A stretch of 64,000 bases of DNA from the IMG/VR virus record IMGVR_UViG_3300048609_000030; one strand, 5' to 3'. Made by a program: the position numbers and the translations under genes. The notes under the pieces were generated by a model. That model saw only the letters and a list, made by a program, of their open reading frames with translations. It did not search any database and was not told the origin of the DNA. Below are positions 20,548 to 30,871 of the stretch, piece after piece; within the stretch, counting starts at the first letter, position 1, and each line of letters opens with the position of its first letter. This DNA is from an uncultured virus (IMG/VR IMGVR_UViG_3300048609_000030). Taxonomy: Duplodnaviria; Heunggongvirae; Uroviricota; Caudoviricetes.

Positions 20548-21381
20548 ATGGGAACATTAATCAGACACGGCGAAGGCGACGACGCGATCTGGACCTACCA
20601 ACCGATTGGCTCTGATTCCGATCGAGTGTACGAGAAGGTCGATACCGCGTCGCTGTTGTTGCTTGCCGTGGAAGCAACACGGCTTATCTGGCGTACGTCG
20701 CATGAGGGCGTACGCGCAGCGCAACGGCTCGTTCTCGATGTCGCGCAGGGTCGGCGCCCGCCGCTTACGAACGACGAGGTCTTCGCGGCTGAGAGCCGCT
20801 TGCCACCGAGCCGCAAGGAACGCGACCCCGATGGACACTCGTTCTCGATCAAAATCGTGACAGGCGAGAGGGCGATCAACCCAGACGATGCCCGCGATGA
20901 CGTTGCACAGATGCTTCACCTCGCCTGGAACTACTACCAGGAACGGTACGAGGACGCGCCCCTCGGTGATCGTCTTGGCTGCTCGGTCATTAGCCTGTTA
21001 GGCAAGATCGCCTTTCTGCTGCGCGAAGACGATCGCGGATTGGAGCGGCTGCGTGATCTGGAAGTCCGCTGCCTGATCCATCACTGGACACACACGCGGG
21101 ACGTGATCCCTCGCGACGTCATCCAGCGCGTGATCGAGGCAGCGAGCCTTAACGATGCACGAGAGCGCGCCCGGGCCTGGCGTCTCGGTCTTGAGCCGTC
21201 ACCGTTCCCGAAGTGGACGCCACCACCCCCAACGCTCCAGGAGCTGGAACGCCAGCAAGCCGCACGGCTACGTGCGGAGGCTAAACGGCTTGCCTGGGAA
21301 ACAATGTCGCCCGAGGAGCGAGAAGCGGTTCAAGCCAACCGCATAATGCTCTACGGACTCGTCAACAGGAGTGTGTTGTGA
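20548..21381 (+). CDS. Hypothetical protein in a visibly GC-richer segment
   Basis: 277-aa ORF. Confidence 0.6.
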   Translation: MGTLIRHGEGDDAIWTYQPIGSDSDRVYEKVDTASLLLLAVEATRLIWRTSHEGVRAAQRLVLDVAQGRRPPLTNDEVFAAESRLPPSRKERDPDGHSFSIKIVTGERAINPDDARDDVAQMLHLAWNYYQERYEDAPLGDRLGCSVISLLGKIAFLLREDDRGLERLRDLEVRCLIHHWTHTRDVIPRDVIQRVIEAASLNDARERARAWRLGLEPSPFPKWTPPPPTLQELERQQAARLRAEAKRLAWETMSPEEREAVQANRIMLYGLVNRSVL

Positions 21382-21421
21382 AGTAACCACTCGATGGACC
21401 TACGACGTTTTAAACTGCTAT

Positions 21422-21673
21422 ATGACTAGGAAAAGTGTGATATTGGACATTCTTTTGGTCCTCGCGGATGCCGATGCACCGCTTACTCTTAAACAAATCA
21501 AAGAGTATTTGCCTACAACAGTCAAGGTTGATCACGGCAAACTGTCTCGTATGGTTTCTGTTGGTTTGTTGACAGTAAAACAAGAGACACAGCAGCCACA
21601 GCATACAGTCAACAAGTACATATTAGCTGAAGCCGGTCGTGTGTGGGTTCGTGTTTCCCGTGAGGAATGCTGA
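21422..21673 (+). CDS. Winged-HTH protein
   Basis: ILLVL..PLTLKQI..LSRMVSVGLL..YILAEAG pattern. Confidence 0.55.
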   Translation: MTRKSVILDILLVLADADAPLTLKQIKEYLPTTVKVDHGKLSRMVSVGLLTVKQETQQPQHTVNKYILAEAGRVWVRVSREEC

Positions 21674-22213
21674 AGTTGGAGAAGAAAGCGTATCGTGATT
21701 TTGGGAAGGATGACGCTGAAATCACGCGGCAAGGGGAGACCATGGAAACAAAGCAGACCGAGGGGGGACAAAGAAGCTCAGTCTATCCGAAACATGTGGG
21801 GGCCTTCTATGTTTGCGCGCGTGCTCTGCGAGGCAAGCACTCGTTTGACCCAAGCGAAGCAGAGAAGCTCGTCTCAGTCCTTCTTGATCGCGACGAATTC
21901 CGCCTATTACGGTTCTCCTACAGGGAATCCGTGAGAGGGCCCAGTTCGCCAGCGATGCGTGAGTTCTTCAACTTCATGAGCGAGCACGGCTATTCACGGC
22001 GATACAAACCCTGGGTCGTAACCGAGGAAGGCATCCAGTATTGTAGGGATGTGGTTAACGAGTTCGTAGAAGACGACGCGGAGGGTGCTGCGGCTTTGGC
22101 GTCTGTCTTCGATTTCCACCTAGAAGACCTAGACAAGCTCTAGTCCCATTCGAGACTTGCATGATGCTAACCGAGGTTAACAACGCTGCTCGATTCCTGC
22201 CCGCCGGCCTTAT

Positions 22214-22303
22214 ATTGACAAAGCGTGCTGTGCCAACACATCGTTCCAACCACGTCGCTTGGACGTTGTTCGGAGTAAGCCGGATACGGTGTGCAAGGAT
22301 CAT
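22214..22303 (-). pseudogene. tnpB: 5' remnant of an IS200/IS605 TnpB (HTH_OrfB_IS605-like)
   Basis: MILAHRIRLTPNNVQATWLERCVGTARFVN, then similarity is lost. Confidence 0.7.
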
Positions 22304-22996
22304 AAGCTATCAGACTAGATTGACGGCTTGTCGAAGCGCGACGCGTCGTTCAGACAACGAGAAGGCTACCCGTGCTGGACACGTGGCCTGATGGTCGGCC
22401 AGAAAGATCACGCGTACAGGCACGCGGCAGAAAGCGCACGGAGCGCAGACGGGAAAGCACTGGTGGTTAGGGTCTTTGTGATCACAACTGAGATCATGAC
22501 AATCACAGTCGCAGTAGGTAGAAATTTGCATAGCAGCACCTCGACCCCCGAAGTCGGGCACCCTACGCCATTACTATGACAAATGCAAGTTAGTAGTGAG
22601 GTTCTGATGAACAGAAAAGAAGAGATCTTCCTACGGTTGCTTGGAATGGCGGAGACCGACCTGAGAATCAGGTTGGCCTCTATTCTCGAACACGCAGAGG
22701 CCAACAGTGATGCCTGGGCGAAGGATTGGGCGAAGAAGTTAGCATATGAGGGAGGCATTCCAACTCCGCTCAGTGTCATCATGCTGTCGGCTCAGTACAT
22801 CTGGCTGGTGATGGATAGGAAAGGGACGCTGTGAGTGACATCCACAATCACTACCACTACAGCTTGCTGCCAGACGGCTGGTTCCCTTGGGTCTGCATTC
22901 TGATCGCAGTAGCGATGATCACCGGAAGGTCATGCTGAATGAAGTAGATGTGTCCAAAGATGTGGCGCAACCCTTAACAAGCGCGAGGTAAATCTC

Positions 22997-23755
22997 GTGT
23001 ACTGGTGTATACAGAACAACATCTACAACGAAGAAGGCTTCGAGCGGCTGATTGACGTACTAGAACGTCTTGGCTTGCCGTACAGCGTCCACAAGGTCGT
23101 TCCGTTCGTCGGCGAATTAGATCCAGTACCTGTCGTGCCGCCTGGACCCGTCATCGTTATGGGCTCCTACTCGATGACGTTCTACGCTCAACGTCGTGGT
23201 TGGACGCCAGGTGCGTTCTTCAACGAAAACTTCGACTTTGTAATCCAACGCGAGGCGTTGGGTGATCGGATGCTCAACTGGGATGCTCAAATCTGCCGCC
23301 TTGTTGACGTACCCGAACAGCCTCAACCTTTCTTCATCCGACCAACCGCTGATGACAAACGCTTCACTGGTACGGTTATGGACTGGCCAAGCTTCATCGA
23401 GTGGCGCGATCAGGTACTTGTGGGTTGTCAGATCGTTCTCGATACGCCAGTTGCCGTCAGTCGTAAGAAGGAAATCTGGAACGAGACGCGGACGTGGATC
23501 ATCGATAGACGCGTCGTAACTGCATCAGGCTACAAGTTCGGGACCATCAAACGTTACAACAACCAAGTCGACGAACGGATCATACGATACGCAGAAGATT
23601 GTGCTGCGGTCTGGGCGCCTGACCGCGCCTTCGTCCTCGATGTAGCCGACACACCCGATGGGCTCAAGATCGTAGAGATTGGTAACCTCAACGCAGCAGG
23701 GTTCTACAAGGCTGATGTAGACAAGTTGGTGACGGCGTTAGAGTCGATGTTTTAG
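22997..23755 (+). CDS. ATP-grasp domain protein (DUF4343/R2K-like)
   Basis: MLN, FFIRP..DKRFTG, ETRTWI, FVLDVA, IVEIGNLNAAGFY; GAGG RBS. Confidence 0.8.
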   Translation: MYWCIQNNIYNEEGFERLIDVLERLGLPYSVHKVVPFVGELDPVPVVPPGPVIVMGSYSMTFYAQRRGWTPGAFFNENFDFVIQREALGDRMLNWDAQICRLVDVPEQPQPFFIRPTADDKRFTGTVMDWPSFIEWRDQVLVGCQIVLDTPVAVSRKKEIWNETRTWIIDRRVVTASGYKFGTIKRYNNQVDERIIRYAEDCAAVWAPDRAFVLDVADTPDGLKIVEIGNLNAAGFYKADVDKLVTALESMF

Positions 23756-24135
23756 CCTTGCGGATGACCTTCGTGAGTTGGTTCTTCGATGACAAATAGC
23801 CCATTGTAAGACGTGAAACCTGGATGCACTGCACCCCACGGAGATGTAACCCTCCGCTCGTAGGTTTTGGTTTTGTATAAAACTACACCGGCATTGATCA
23901 AAGATGCCACCGTACGGCCAATAACCGTGTTACTTTGTACGGCGTGTAAAGCACCCGACTTGATTTTCTCAATCGCCGCACGTTGTGCTTTTGAAAGATA
24001 CATACGTCTCGTAGGTGACCCAAAGTGAATTGGTTCTTCACGGGCCACTTGAATGACTGCTACCACCATCCCAAGTAGTGACACGCCGACTATGCTGCCG
24101 CCAATCCAAGCTAAGGCACGTTGAGCTGTGGTCAT
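23752..24135 (-). CDS. Hypothetical protein with N-terminal TM
   Basis: 127-aa ORF convergent with the ATP-grasp gene. Confidence 0.55.
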   Translation of the reverse strand: MTTAQRALAWIGGSIVGVSLLGMVVAVIQVAREEPIHFGSPTRRMYLSKAQRAAIEKIKSGALHAVQSNTVIGRTVASLINAGVVLYKTKTYERRVTSPWGAVHPGFTSYNGLFVIEEPTHEGHPQG

Positions 24136-24138
24136 CGC

Positions 24139-24540
24139 CTAGACCTCCAACCAAGTCTTTATGAATGCTACAACGCCAGGATGTAGCGGAGACGGCAAAT
24201 CGTTAGTGTAGAACCATCCCCAATCATCGTTTTCCCAGTTTAGTTGAGGCTCCCAACAATCTGTTTCGTACTCTTTGTACTCTGCTGCGATCGTTGTGTA
24301 AACACCGCCAAAAACACGTGTTGGAACAGCGGCGATTACGTGCATCATTCTCGGCAAGCTACCCATTTCTTCTCTGAACTCACGACAAGCGCCTTGAAAG
24401 TCTGTCTCTCCTGGTTTGAGGCGACCACCAGGGATCGACCACCAACCAGGGTTGTGGACTTCTCCAGACCGCCGAGCTAGAAGGATTGCTCCATCATCTA
24501 CTCGGAGTAGCAGAATGCCAGCTGACCGTGTTTGTTTCAT
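24139..24540 (-). CDS. NUDIX hydrolase
   Basis: WSIPGGRLKPGETDFQGACREFREEMG (Nudix box), LHPG. Confidence 0.9.
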   Translation of the reverse strand: MKQTRSAGILLLRVDDGAILLARRSGEVHNPGWWSIPGGRLKPGETDFQGACREFREEMGSLPRMMHVIAAVPTRVFGGVYTTIAAEYKEYETDCWEPQLNWENDDWGWFYTNDLPSPLHPGVVAFIKTWLEV

Positions 24541-25016
24541 TTTGCTCGGTACAACGCTGGTACAGTTTGTACACCTTGATGGAGGTAACAAGAGAGGCGA
24601 TGATATCCGTCTTCTAGACGAAAGTTTTTGTCTAGGATTACAGGCCACCGGTTACGTTTAGAATATACGGGACAACTCTTGCTTGTAACCGAATAAGGAA
24701 AACGCACCTGACGTATAAGAAGAGAGGTTGATACACTTACTACACCGAAACGTTTGTTCCAAAAACGTTTAGGCAACTTTTTCTTGAGTTGTTTTGGAGG
24801 GAGCCATGGAGGAATCCGTTTAGGCAACGGCCACTCTTCACCTGATCCAAAATACTCCAATACCGCCAACTGATAATGTTCTGGTAGTGTTCTTAGAGAT
24901 GATATCTTTCCTCGTTCTTTAGCTAGTATTTTAATCTCCCGCGCTGCTCTGGAACGCCTTACAGAAAACGTACGAAACGCCGCACGTTCGTCGCTGTCAT
25001 TGTCGCGTAGTTTCAT
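24537..25016 (-). CDS. Hypothetical protein with ParB/Srx-like motif
   Basis: PVILD..LEDGYHRL. Confidence 0.5.
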   Translation of the reverse strand: MKLRDNDSDERAAFRTFSVRRSRAAREIKILAKERGKISSLRTLPEHYQLAVLEYFGSGEEWPLPKRIPPWLPPKQLKKKLPKRFWNKRFGVVSVSTSLLIRQVRFPYSVTSKSCPVYSKRNRWPVILDKNFRLEDGYHRLSCYLHQGVQTVPALYRAK

Positions 25017-25588
25017 ATCATTGGATAGGCATCCAACCAACGAATAGCTCGGCGGGACGCTTCGTTGATGATGGCGCCCTGTTCTAGTGTTTTGATGGAT
25101 AGGTTGAACTGCTTCTCTGTCACGGCAATATCAGTCTCGTTGCACTTGTAGTTACGTAGCAGTTCGGCCAGTGCGTGAACGTCTGGAAGGCTGCCGTCTC
25201 GCCAGTATTGCAGTTCTAGGTCACAGCGATAGGCATCGGCCTCGTAGTGAGCACGTGCAGCGGACCGTAGAAGATACTTCCACATGAAGGTCTGGCCTTC
25301 ACGTTCGTACTGGACGACGTGTTGATGCTCGTGTACGCACGTCGTGATTTGATCCCAGAGAGACCAGTGATCGCGCTCGATGCCAGTTGTGAACGGAATA
25401 TAGATACGCCTTCCAAGCGTCGTTGCAGAGCGCGCCATGAACGTCTTTACGTCGACGACGCCGATCAGGTTCAAGAGGCGTGCCGCAACCTTCATCTCTA
25501 CTGCGTCAACACGTTGGATGACGCGTGTGTTGTAGCTGTTTGTCATGTACGCCCAAAGAGCGCGGACCATTTCGGGTGTGGGTGTCAT
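25013..25588 (-). CDS. HExxH zinc-metallopeptidase-like protein
   Basis: TTLGRRIY, VHEHQHVVQY, YEADAY. Confidence 0.65.
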   Translation of the reverse strand: MTPTPEMVRALWAYMTNSYNTRVIQRVDAVEMKVAARLLNLIGVVDVKTFMARSATTLGRRIYIPFTTGIERDHWSLWDQITTCVHEHQHVVQYEREGQTFMWKYLLRSAARAHYEADAYRCDLELQYWRDGSLPDVHALAELLRNYKCNETDIAVTEKQFNLSIKTLEQGAIINEASRRAIRWLDAYPMI

Positions 25589-26391
25589 GTGTTATGCGTC
25601 TTGTGGCCTGGATCGTATCACTCGCGTCTCTCTGCGGCCACGCACTCGTCGCAGCGCGTGACTCGCCCACCGGTATCGTCCAGTATCGTATAGCTACTGG
25701 CCGAGTTCAGCAGCGTCGGGAACAGCATACACACCCTGGCCGCATCCGCACGGCGGTAGCCTTGGAACTGGCACTGATCGCATGTCTCGATCCCAGCCTT
25801 AGCATAGACGACAAGTCTCATCCCGCCCCCACTGGGATGTAGATTAAGAGCGTGGACCATTTTAGGCGTTGGTGTCATGTGTTGATGAAGGCAACCCGTT
25901 GGAACAGGTATCTCGGATGTGTGAAGCGGACCGTAAGTGGGTACCAACCACGTGGTATGTTTACACCCATGGTTCGCCCTTCAAGTAGCGCAGTCGCGTT
26001 GAAGAATTTGTCGCGGACATCTAGCAAGCGAACCCAGTCTGGGTCGGCTGCGTAGTAATTGTCCTTCGCTGAGTGGTTGAAGTGCGGATGCTTGATGGTT
26101 TGCCCAACACGCATCTGTTCGCCGCTTCGTGCATCAACGATTTTCACGGTGGGCTCCTATCGCGCAATCGTACAAGCTTGATTGAGCATCTTGACTATTT
26201 TACGAGCGGCTGCATCAGCATCAACAGGCCGAGTTGTTCCTTCCCGTTCGATAATGATGAAGGGTACGCCGTCGCGAAGGATGCTTCTTCCAGCTTCTAA
26301 GGTATAACGTGGGCACCGCGGCTCGTCGACATCGGCTCCAACAACTTTTCGTAGGTGAGCCATCCGACTGCTGCCATACTTCTTAGATTTT

Positions 26392-26736
26392 CTAATTGGC
26401 ATTTTCCTCCTCACAATCTAACAGGCAAGTGTGCCCGTCGGTTGTTGGACAACAAACAAACAGGTCGTCGCGTGCGTTTGTAACCTGTGAGCAGTCCATA
26501 TTGACGGCCCACCGTCTATCGCTGCCACAAATCTCGGCAACCGAACCGTTGCAGCGGGTTGCTGCTGGTTCACAATTGTCCTTCGGCTCAGTCGCTACAT
26601 GCCAGAGTGGACAGCCGATCAGGTAGAGTAGAAAATAGCAAGCTAGGAAGACGTACCAAACAGCGTCGACACGAAGCCATTTACCGTCTTCGCGTTCGGC
26701 TATGAATCTCTCGACTATGAATCTCTTGAGGCACAT
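26392..26736 (-). CDS. Cys-rich membrane/secreted protein
   Basis: TM then CEPAATRCNG..EICG..W..DC..CC..C. Confidence 0.55.
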   Translation of the reverse strand: MCLKRFIVERFIAEREDGKWLRVDAVWYVFLACYFLLYLIGCPLWHVATEPKDNCEPAATRCNGSVAEICGSDRRWAVNMDCSQVTNARDDLFVCCPTTDGHTCLLDCEEENAN

Positions 26737-27559
26737 GCCACAAAGGTCTCCAGGTTGGGTTGTTCTTCAACCTAGCACTTTTCAGAAAGGATTTGAAGTT
26801 GTCTAAGAAAGCGTCAACTGACCAAGAAGTTGCCTTCGATCTCGGACACAAGAAAGGCTACAAGGCTGGGTATACATGAGGAAGACGACGCGGCTACGAA
26901 AAGGGTTTTGAGGCTGGAAGAAAACAAGGTCGTTGCGAAGCAAGACGTCGACCAAGTAGTCGGCGTGATGTTCGCCGATCTCGTTAAGATTGAAGTTGTG
27001 TATCTCCGTTGTCTTTATTCGGGCCACATTCCAGCGGCCTTCCTACACTCTTTCGCTAAATCGCTACAAACACATGATTCAGCGGTGATCTCGATAAATC
27101 TGCCATCGTCTTCTTTGGTGATGCACCGGCAACACAGTCCGCAATGTGAAAAGTGCTTCTCTACAACACGACGGAATAGTTGCTTCAGCTCAATCTCTGT
27201 TAAGTCAAGCATGTTTCTTCCTTGGGAATGGTGACGTGATCTTGGTATTAGTGACAGAGCGTCTATGAGGCGTCAACTCACCTGCCTGCTGCTTTGCCGT
27301 TGTAGTTCGTGTACAGCTCGGTAGGGCGCGTGGCGGTCGTAGGGCAGGGATTTCAGCGGGGCTGCTGTAAGGGCTGTTGTAGAGCCTCCTGAGGCGTCCT
27401 GGTGCAAGCATGCAGTGGTGCTGCGCGCCTTGTTTTAGCACCCACCAAACAGTTCGTAATTTTACTGACAGTTGGACATTTTAACAGGGAATTTTTGTCC
27501 CGTCAGTCGACAATTTCAGGCTCAGTGGAAAACTTGTATGCATACTGTAACGCAAAAAA

Positions 27560-27843
27560 TTGACGCACTGTACCACTACTAACCTTGCAGGGACCTTGTA
27601 GCGAACCTTGATCAATGATTTCTTTAGTGGAAATGGTATTCATCGCAAGGTTCGCACGGCTCCTATACTCTTTTAGTTTTCACTGTTCAATCTATCAATG
27701 TTATATAATTATTAATACCCGAAAACTAAGGAGGGTATAGGGACCTTGTGACCTTGCGAGAAATTGCTGTTTTAGGTAAGAGTATCATCAAACTAGGTTA
27801 TACGCAAGGTCCCTGCAAGGTTAGTAGTGGTACAGTGCGTCAA
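27560..27843. repeat. 39-bp perfect inverted repeat enclosing two hairpins, eight ACCTTG motifs and an AT-rich core; candidate replication origin
   Basis: 27560-27598 is the reverse complement of 27805-27843; inner GCGAACCTTG/CAAGGTTCGC; lies in the largest intergenic gap at a divergent strand switch. Confidence 0.85.
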
Positions 27844-28028
27844 AGCCGTTCACACAAATTCTGTTAAGCTAGCCAACACAAAGTCGTCACAACACGCAGC
27901 GTCATCGGACATTTGTTCGTGGTATTTTTGACCGCCGCCAAATTTCTGCGCGTTTGTTCTGGGAATTTTTGGTCGGCATTTTGGGTAATTCGGTTGTTGC
28001 TGTTGATAGAACGTGATACCAACTTGGC

Positions 28029-28703
28029 ATGGCACGTAACAAGCAACTCTCGTTCCTTCCACCCGACCTAATGGAGTACCTTACGGAACGTGCAAAGAGA
28101 CACTTCAGACGCCCCGCTGACGAGTTGTGCTCCATGCTGCAAAGCATGAAGGAAGGCACACTCTGCACTAAAAAAGAGCATGTAGCTGGTGTGCCAACGC
28201 CAATCGCGCACGCCGATCGTCGTCCTCTTCACGAGGTCAAAACAGTGGATAACCACGTGCCTGACCCGTCGACCAGTCGTGGTCCAAAGGCAACACAGAG
28301 TGGTTATTTAGGTGTGTACCGTTACGGCAAACGCTGGCAGGCACGAGTCACTGAAGACGGCGTTACAACGCGCCTTGGCGCCTACGATACACCCGAAGAA
28401 GCTGCAAAAGCTGTCGACGAACACTATCGAGAGATCGGACAAAGCCACATGGCGGCGTTCAACTTTCCGAAAAAGGGAGAACGTAGCTCTGTCGGGACGC
28501 AAGTTGACGATGTAACATGGGCCATGATACATCAAGGACCAAACATAGAGGATTTTGACATCTCAAACCTGCCGCCAGGACTTCGTCGGGGGCTTGCAAC
28601 TGCAGGTCTTCCGGTTTCTCGTCCGAAAGACGAAGACGTCAACAAGGACGGTCCTGACGAGGACTTCGATATAGAACCTGATATAGAACCCGATCTTCAA
28701 TAG
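28029..28703 (+). CDS. AP2-domain DNA-binding protein with possible N-terminal RHH
   Basis: SGYLGVYRYGKRWQARV..RLGAYDTPEEAAKAVD..NFP. Confidence 0.85.
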   Translation: MARNKQLSFLPPDLMEYLTERAKRHFRRPADELCSMLQSMKEGTLCTKKEHVAGVPTPIAHADRRPLHEVKTVDNHVPDPSTSRGPKATQSGYLGVYRYGKRWQARVTEDGVTTRLGAYDTPEEAAKAVDEHYREIGQSHMAAFNFPKKGERSSVGTQVDDVTWAMIHQGPNIEDFDISNLPPGLRRGLATAGLPVSRPKDEDVNKDGPDEDFDIEPDIEPDLQ

Positions 28704-30295
28704 AGGCTGAACATGTCACTTTGGTGTGGTGCTTGTCGAACAGAGATCTTTGCAGGCTTCGGTCTCCTTTATCGAATGGATGTCATAGAAGGCAAGCCAC
28801 GGCCGCCAAGCAAAGACAAAGAGTATGTTCCACCCAACTCGGCCGTTTGTCATGCTTGTTGGCAGCATGTACCAACAACAGAACACATCATTAAAGCAGC
28901 TGACGCGCTTGACGACGCAACAGTCGTGTTTGGATACGCCTCTGCTGACAGCTCCAATTCCCCAATCTGGGGATCTAAGCAATGGAGCAACATTGAAACG
29001 ACCGACACGTACGTTTTCATACAACGGAAAGTTGTAGATAAATACCTGCCGCAGGTGCTTCCCATTATTGCACAAGACGCCGAACATAAGCAGTGGTGCG
29101 CTGCTACGCTGCTGGGTTGCTCCTAGGAAGAGGTGACAATGGGACCTAACACTCCAAAACAAAACATAACCACAGCGATCCGTGTACGATCTCATCGTCG
29201 TGGCGGGCTCAAGTGGTACGTCAAGAAATCTGGTGAGAGCAAAATGGCTCGGCGTGTCAAACGGGCACATCGAGACTGTCACCATGTCAAGATGGTCGAG
29301 TTCATGGCTGCTACTACAAAGGCAAAGACCAAAGCAAAGGCAGACGCGAAAAAGAAGACACGGACCCACAGCTGACCTGCACGACAACGATGCATAGATG
29401 AATATCTTAGTGAGCAAGATGTCATACATACTACGTGGTCAAGAACAATGTCGTAGTTGCAGAATAGGAAAGCCCGAACTGAACGCCTTCTTCGGTATGC
29501 CGGTGGCTGAGCCAAAGAAGACCTTGGTGCAATCGTGACCATCCGCGCCGTTGCCAGAGTCACCCAATCGCCGATGAACCTCGTCCGTTGGTGCCTGACG
29601 TTAATGTGTGGTCACGAGGTCTGGGTCACCAGCAAAGCACGACCCAAGAGGAAAGAAACAAACTGTACACAGTGTACGGAGAAGCGGATAGGTAAAAAGC
29701 TGACCAAGAAGAAGCCAACTGACTTCAAGAAGCTCATCAACCCGAAGGCGTTTGCCAGCTCAATGCTGGTCACCCCCAACCAGCTCGAAGGTGGACGACC
29801 GCAAGAAGAGGTCATGCTTCACGTCTACTGGTCTGCCTTGGGTGACGCTCGTGATGTCCGTGAGGGAGGTCAAGGGCATCGCATGCAAAGAGACAAGGTC
29901 ACAGCAAGTCTTGGTCTCGATCGCGCACCCGATCCTGGATTCACCAAATCCGAGATGCAAGATATAACGTTCGCTGCTAAGATGGCAGCGCTCAAGTGTC
30001 TACGTGCCCGAAAGCGAAAGTGATAGACTATGCCGCGCTGGAGAAAATCGTGGGAGTCTGAGTATACTGACCCAACCTCTGAGGCAGAAGACGTTCGGCT
30101 GGCAGAGATCGGGCAACAGCAAAACGAAGAGATTATGCGAGACATCTTTCTCTGCATGGAAGAAGAAGAAGACGAGCAGCGTCGATCCATATTGTGTGAT
30201 TCTCGTGTAGAGGATGTTGCCTTCTACGACGACGACGACGGCGAAGATTATCGGGATTCTCAGTCCTAAGAAGTAGAAATCGGGATGGGTTTGGC

Positions 30296-30871
30296 ATGAA
30301 AACAATCGCCGATGTAAAGTTTCCCAAAGCTTCTTGTAAGTGTGCTTCTTGTGGTAAACGACTAACCACATTCAGCTACAACGGAAAAGGGAAGCGCACG
30401 TTGTTACACTTCTACTGTCAGAAGTGTAAAACCGAGACCACTGTCCTTCCAATTGGAAGTACAGCGAAAAAGGTAGCGGCATACACAAAGGAGACAAAAA
30501 GACGCTCGATGGCTATCCATCAGCTCTGGCATAAGTTCTGCAAAAAGTTCAAGACCAAAAACGACGCTTGGCGGCACCAAGATCCATATCAACTCAGCCG
30601 GAAGGTTGAAGCTCTTTGCGGCACGAAGGGCTGGGAGGGGCTACACGTAGTTCGATGTGACGATGCCGTACACGCTGGTAGCGACATGATTCTAGTCGAG
30701 CACTGTGACCACAAGACTGGGTACTACTTCGGCACTACCGTCGTGTACGTGCCTCAGTGTACTGGTGAGCCACCTACATCGTTTTTCCTCTATCTAGGAC
30801 ATCTAAAGCAACTGCTTGCTGTCTTGCAGACGATCAAGAAAAAGAGCGGACGCGGTCCAGATGATGAATAG
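30296..30871 (+). CDS. Zn-ribbon hypothetical protein
   Basis: CASC...CQKC. Confidence 0.6.
   Translation: MKTIADVKFPKASCKCASCGKRLTTFSYNGKGKRTLLHFYCQKCKTETTVLPIGSTAKKVAAYTKETKRRSMAIHQLWHKFCKKFKTKNDAWRHQDPYQLSRKVEALCGTKGWEGLHVVRCDDAVHAGSDMILVEHCDHKTGYYFGTTVVYVPQCTGEPPTSFFLYLGHLKQLLAVLQTIKKKSGRGPDDE

Noticed and set aside
22480..22495. GATCACAACTGAGATC as another operator copy
   Set aside because: Departs from the RYAG/CGATC consensus and lies far from the structural region; may be chance
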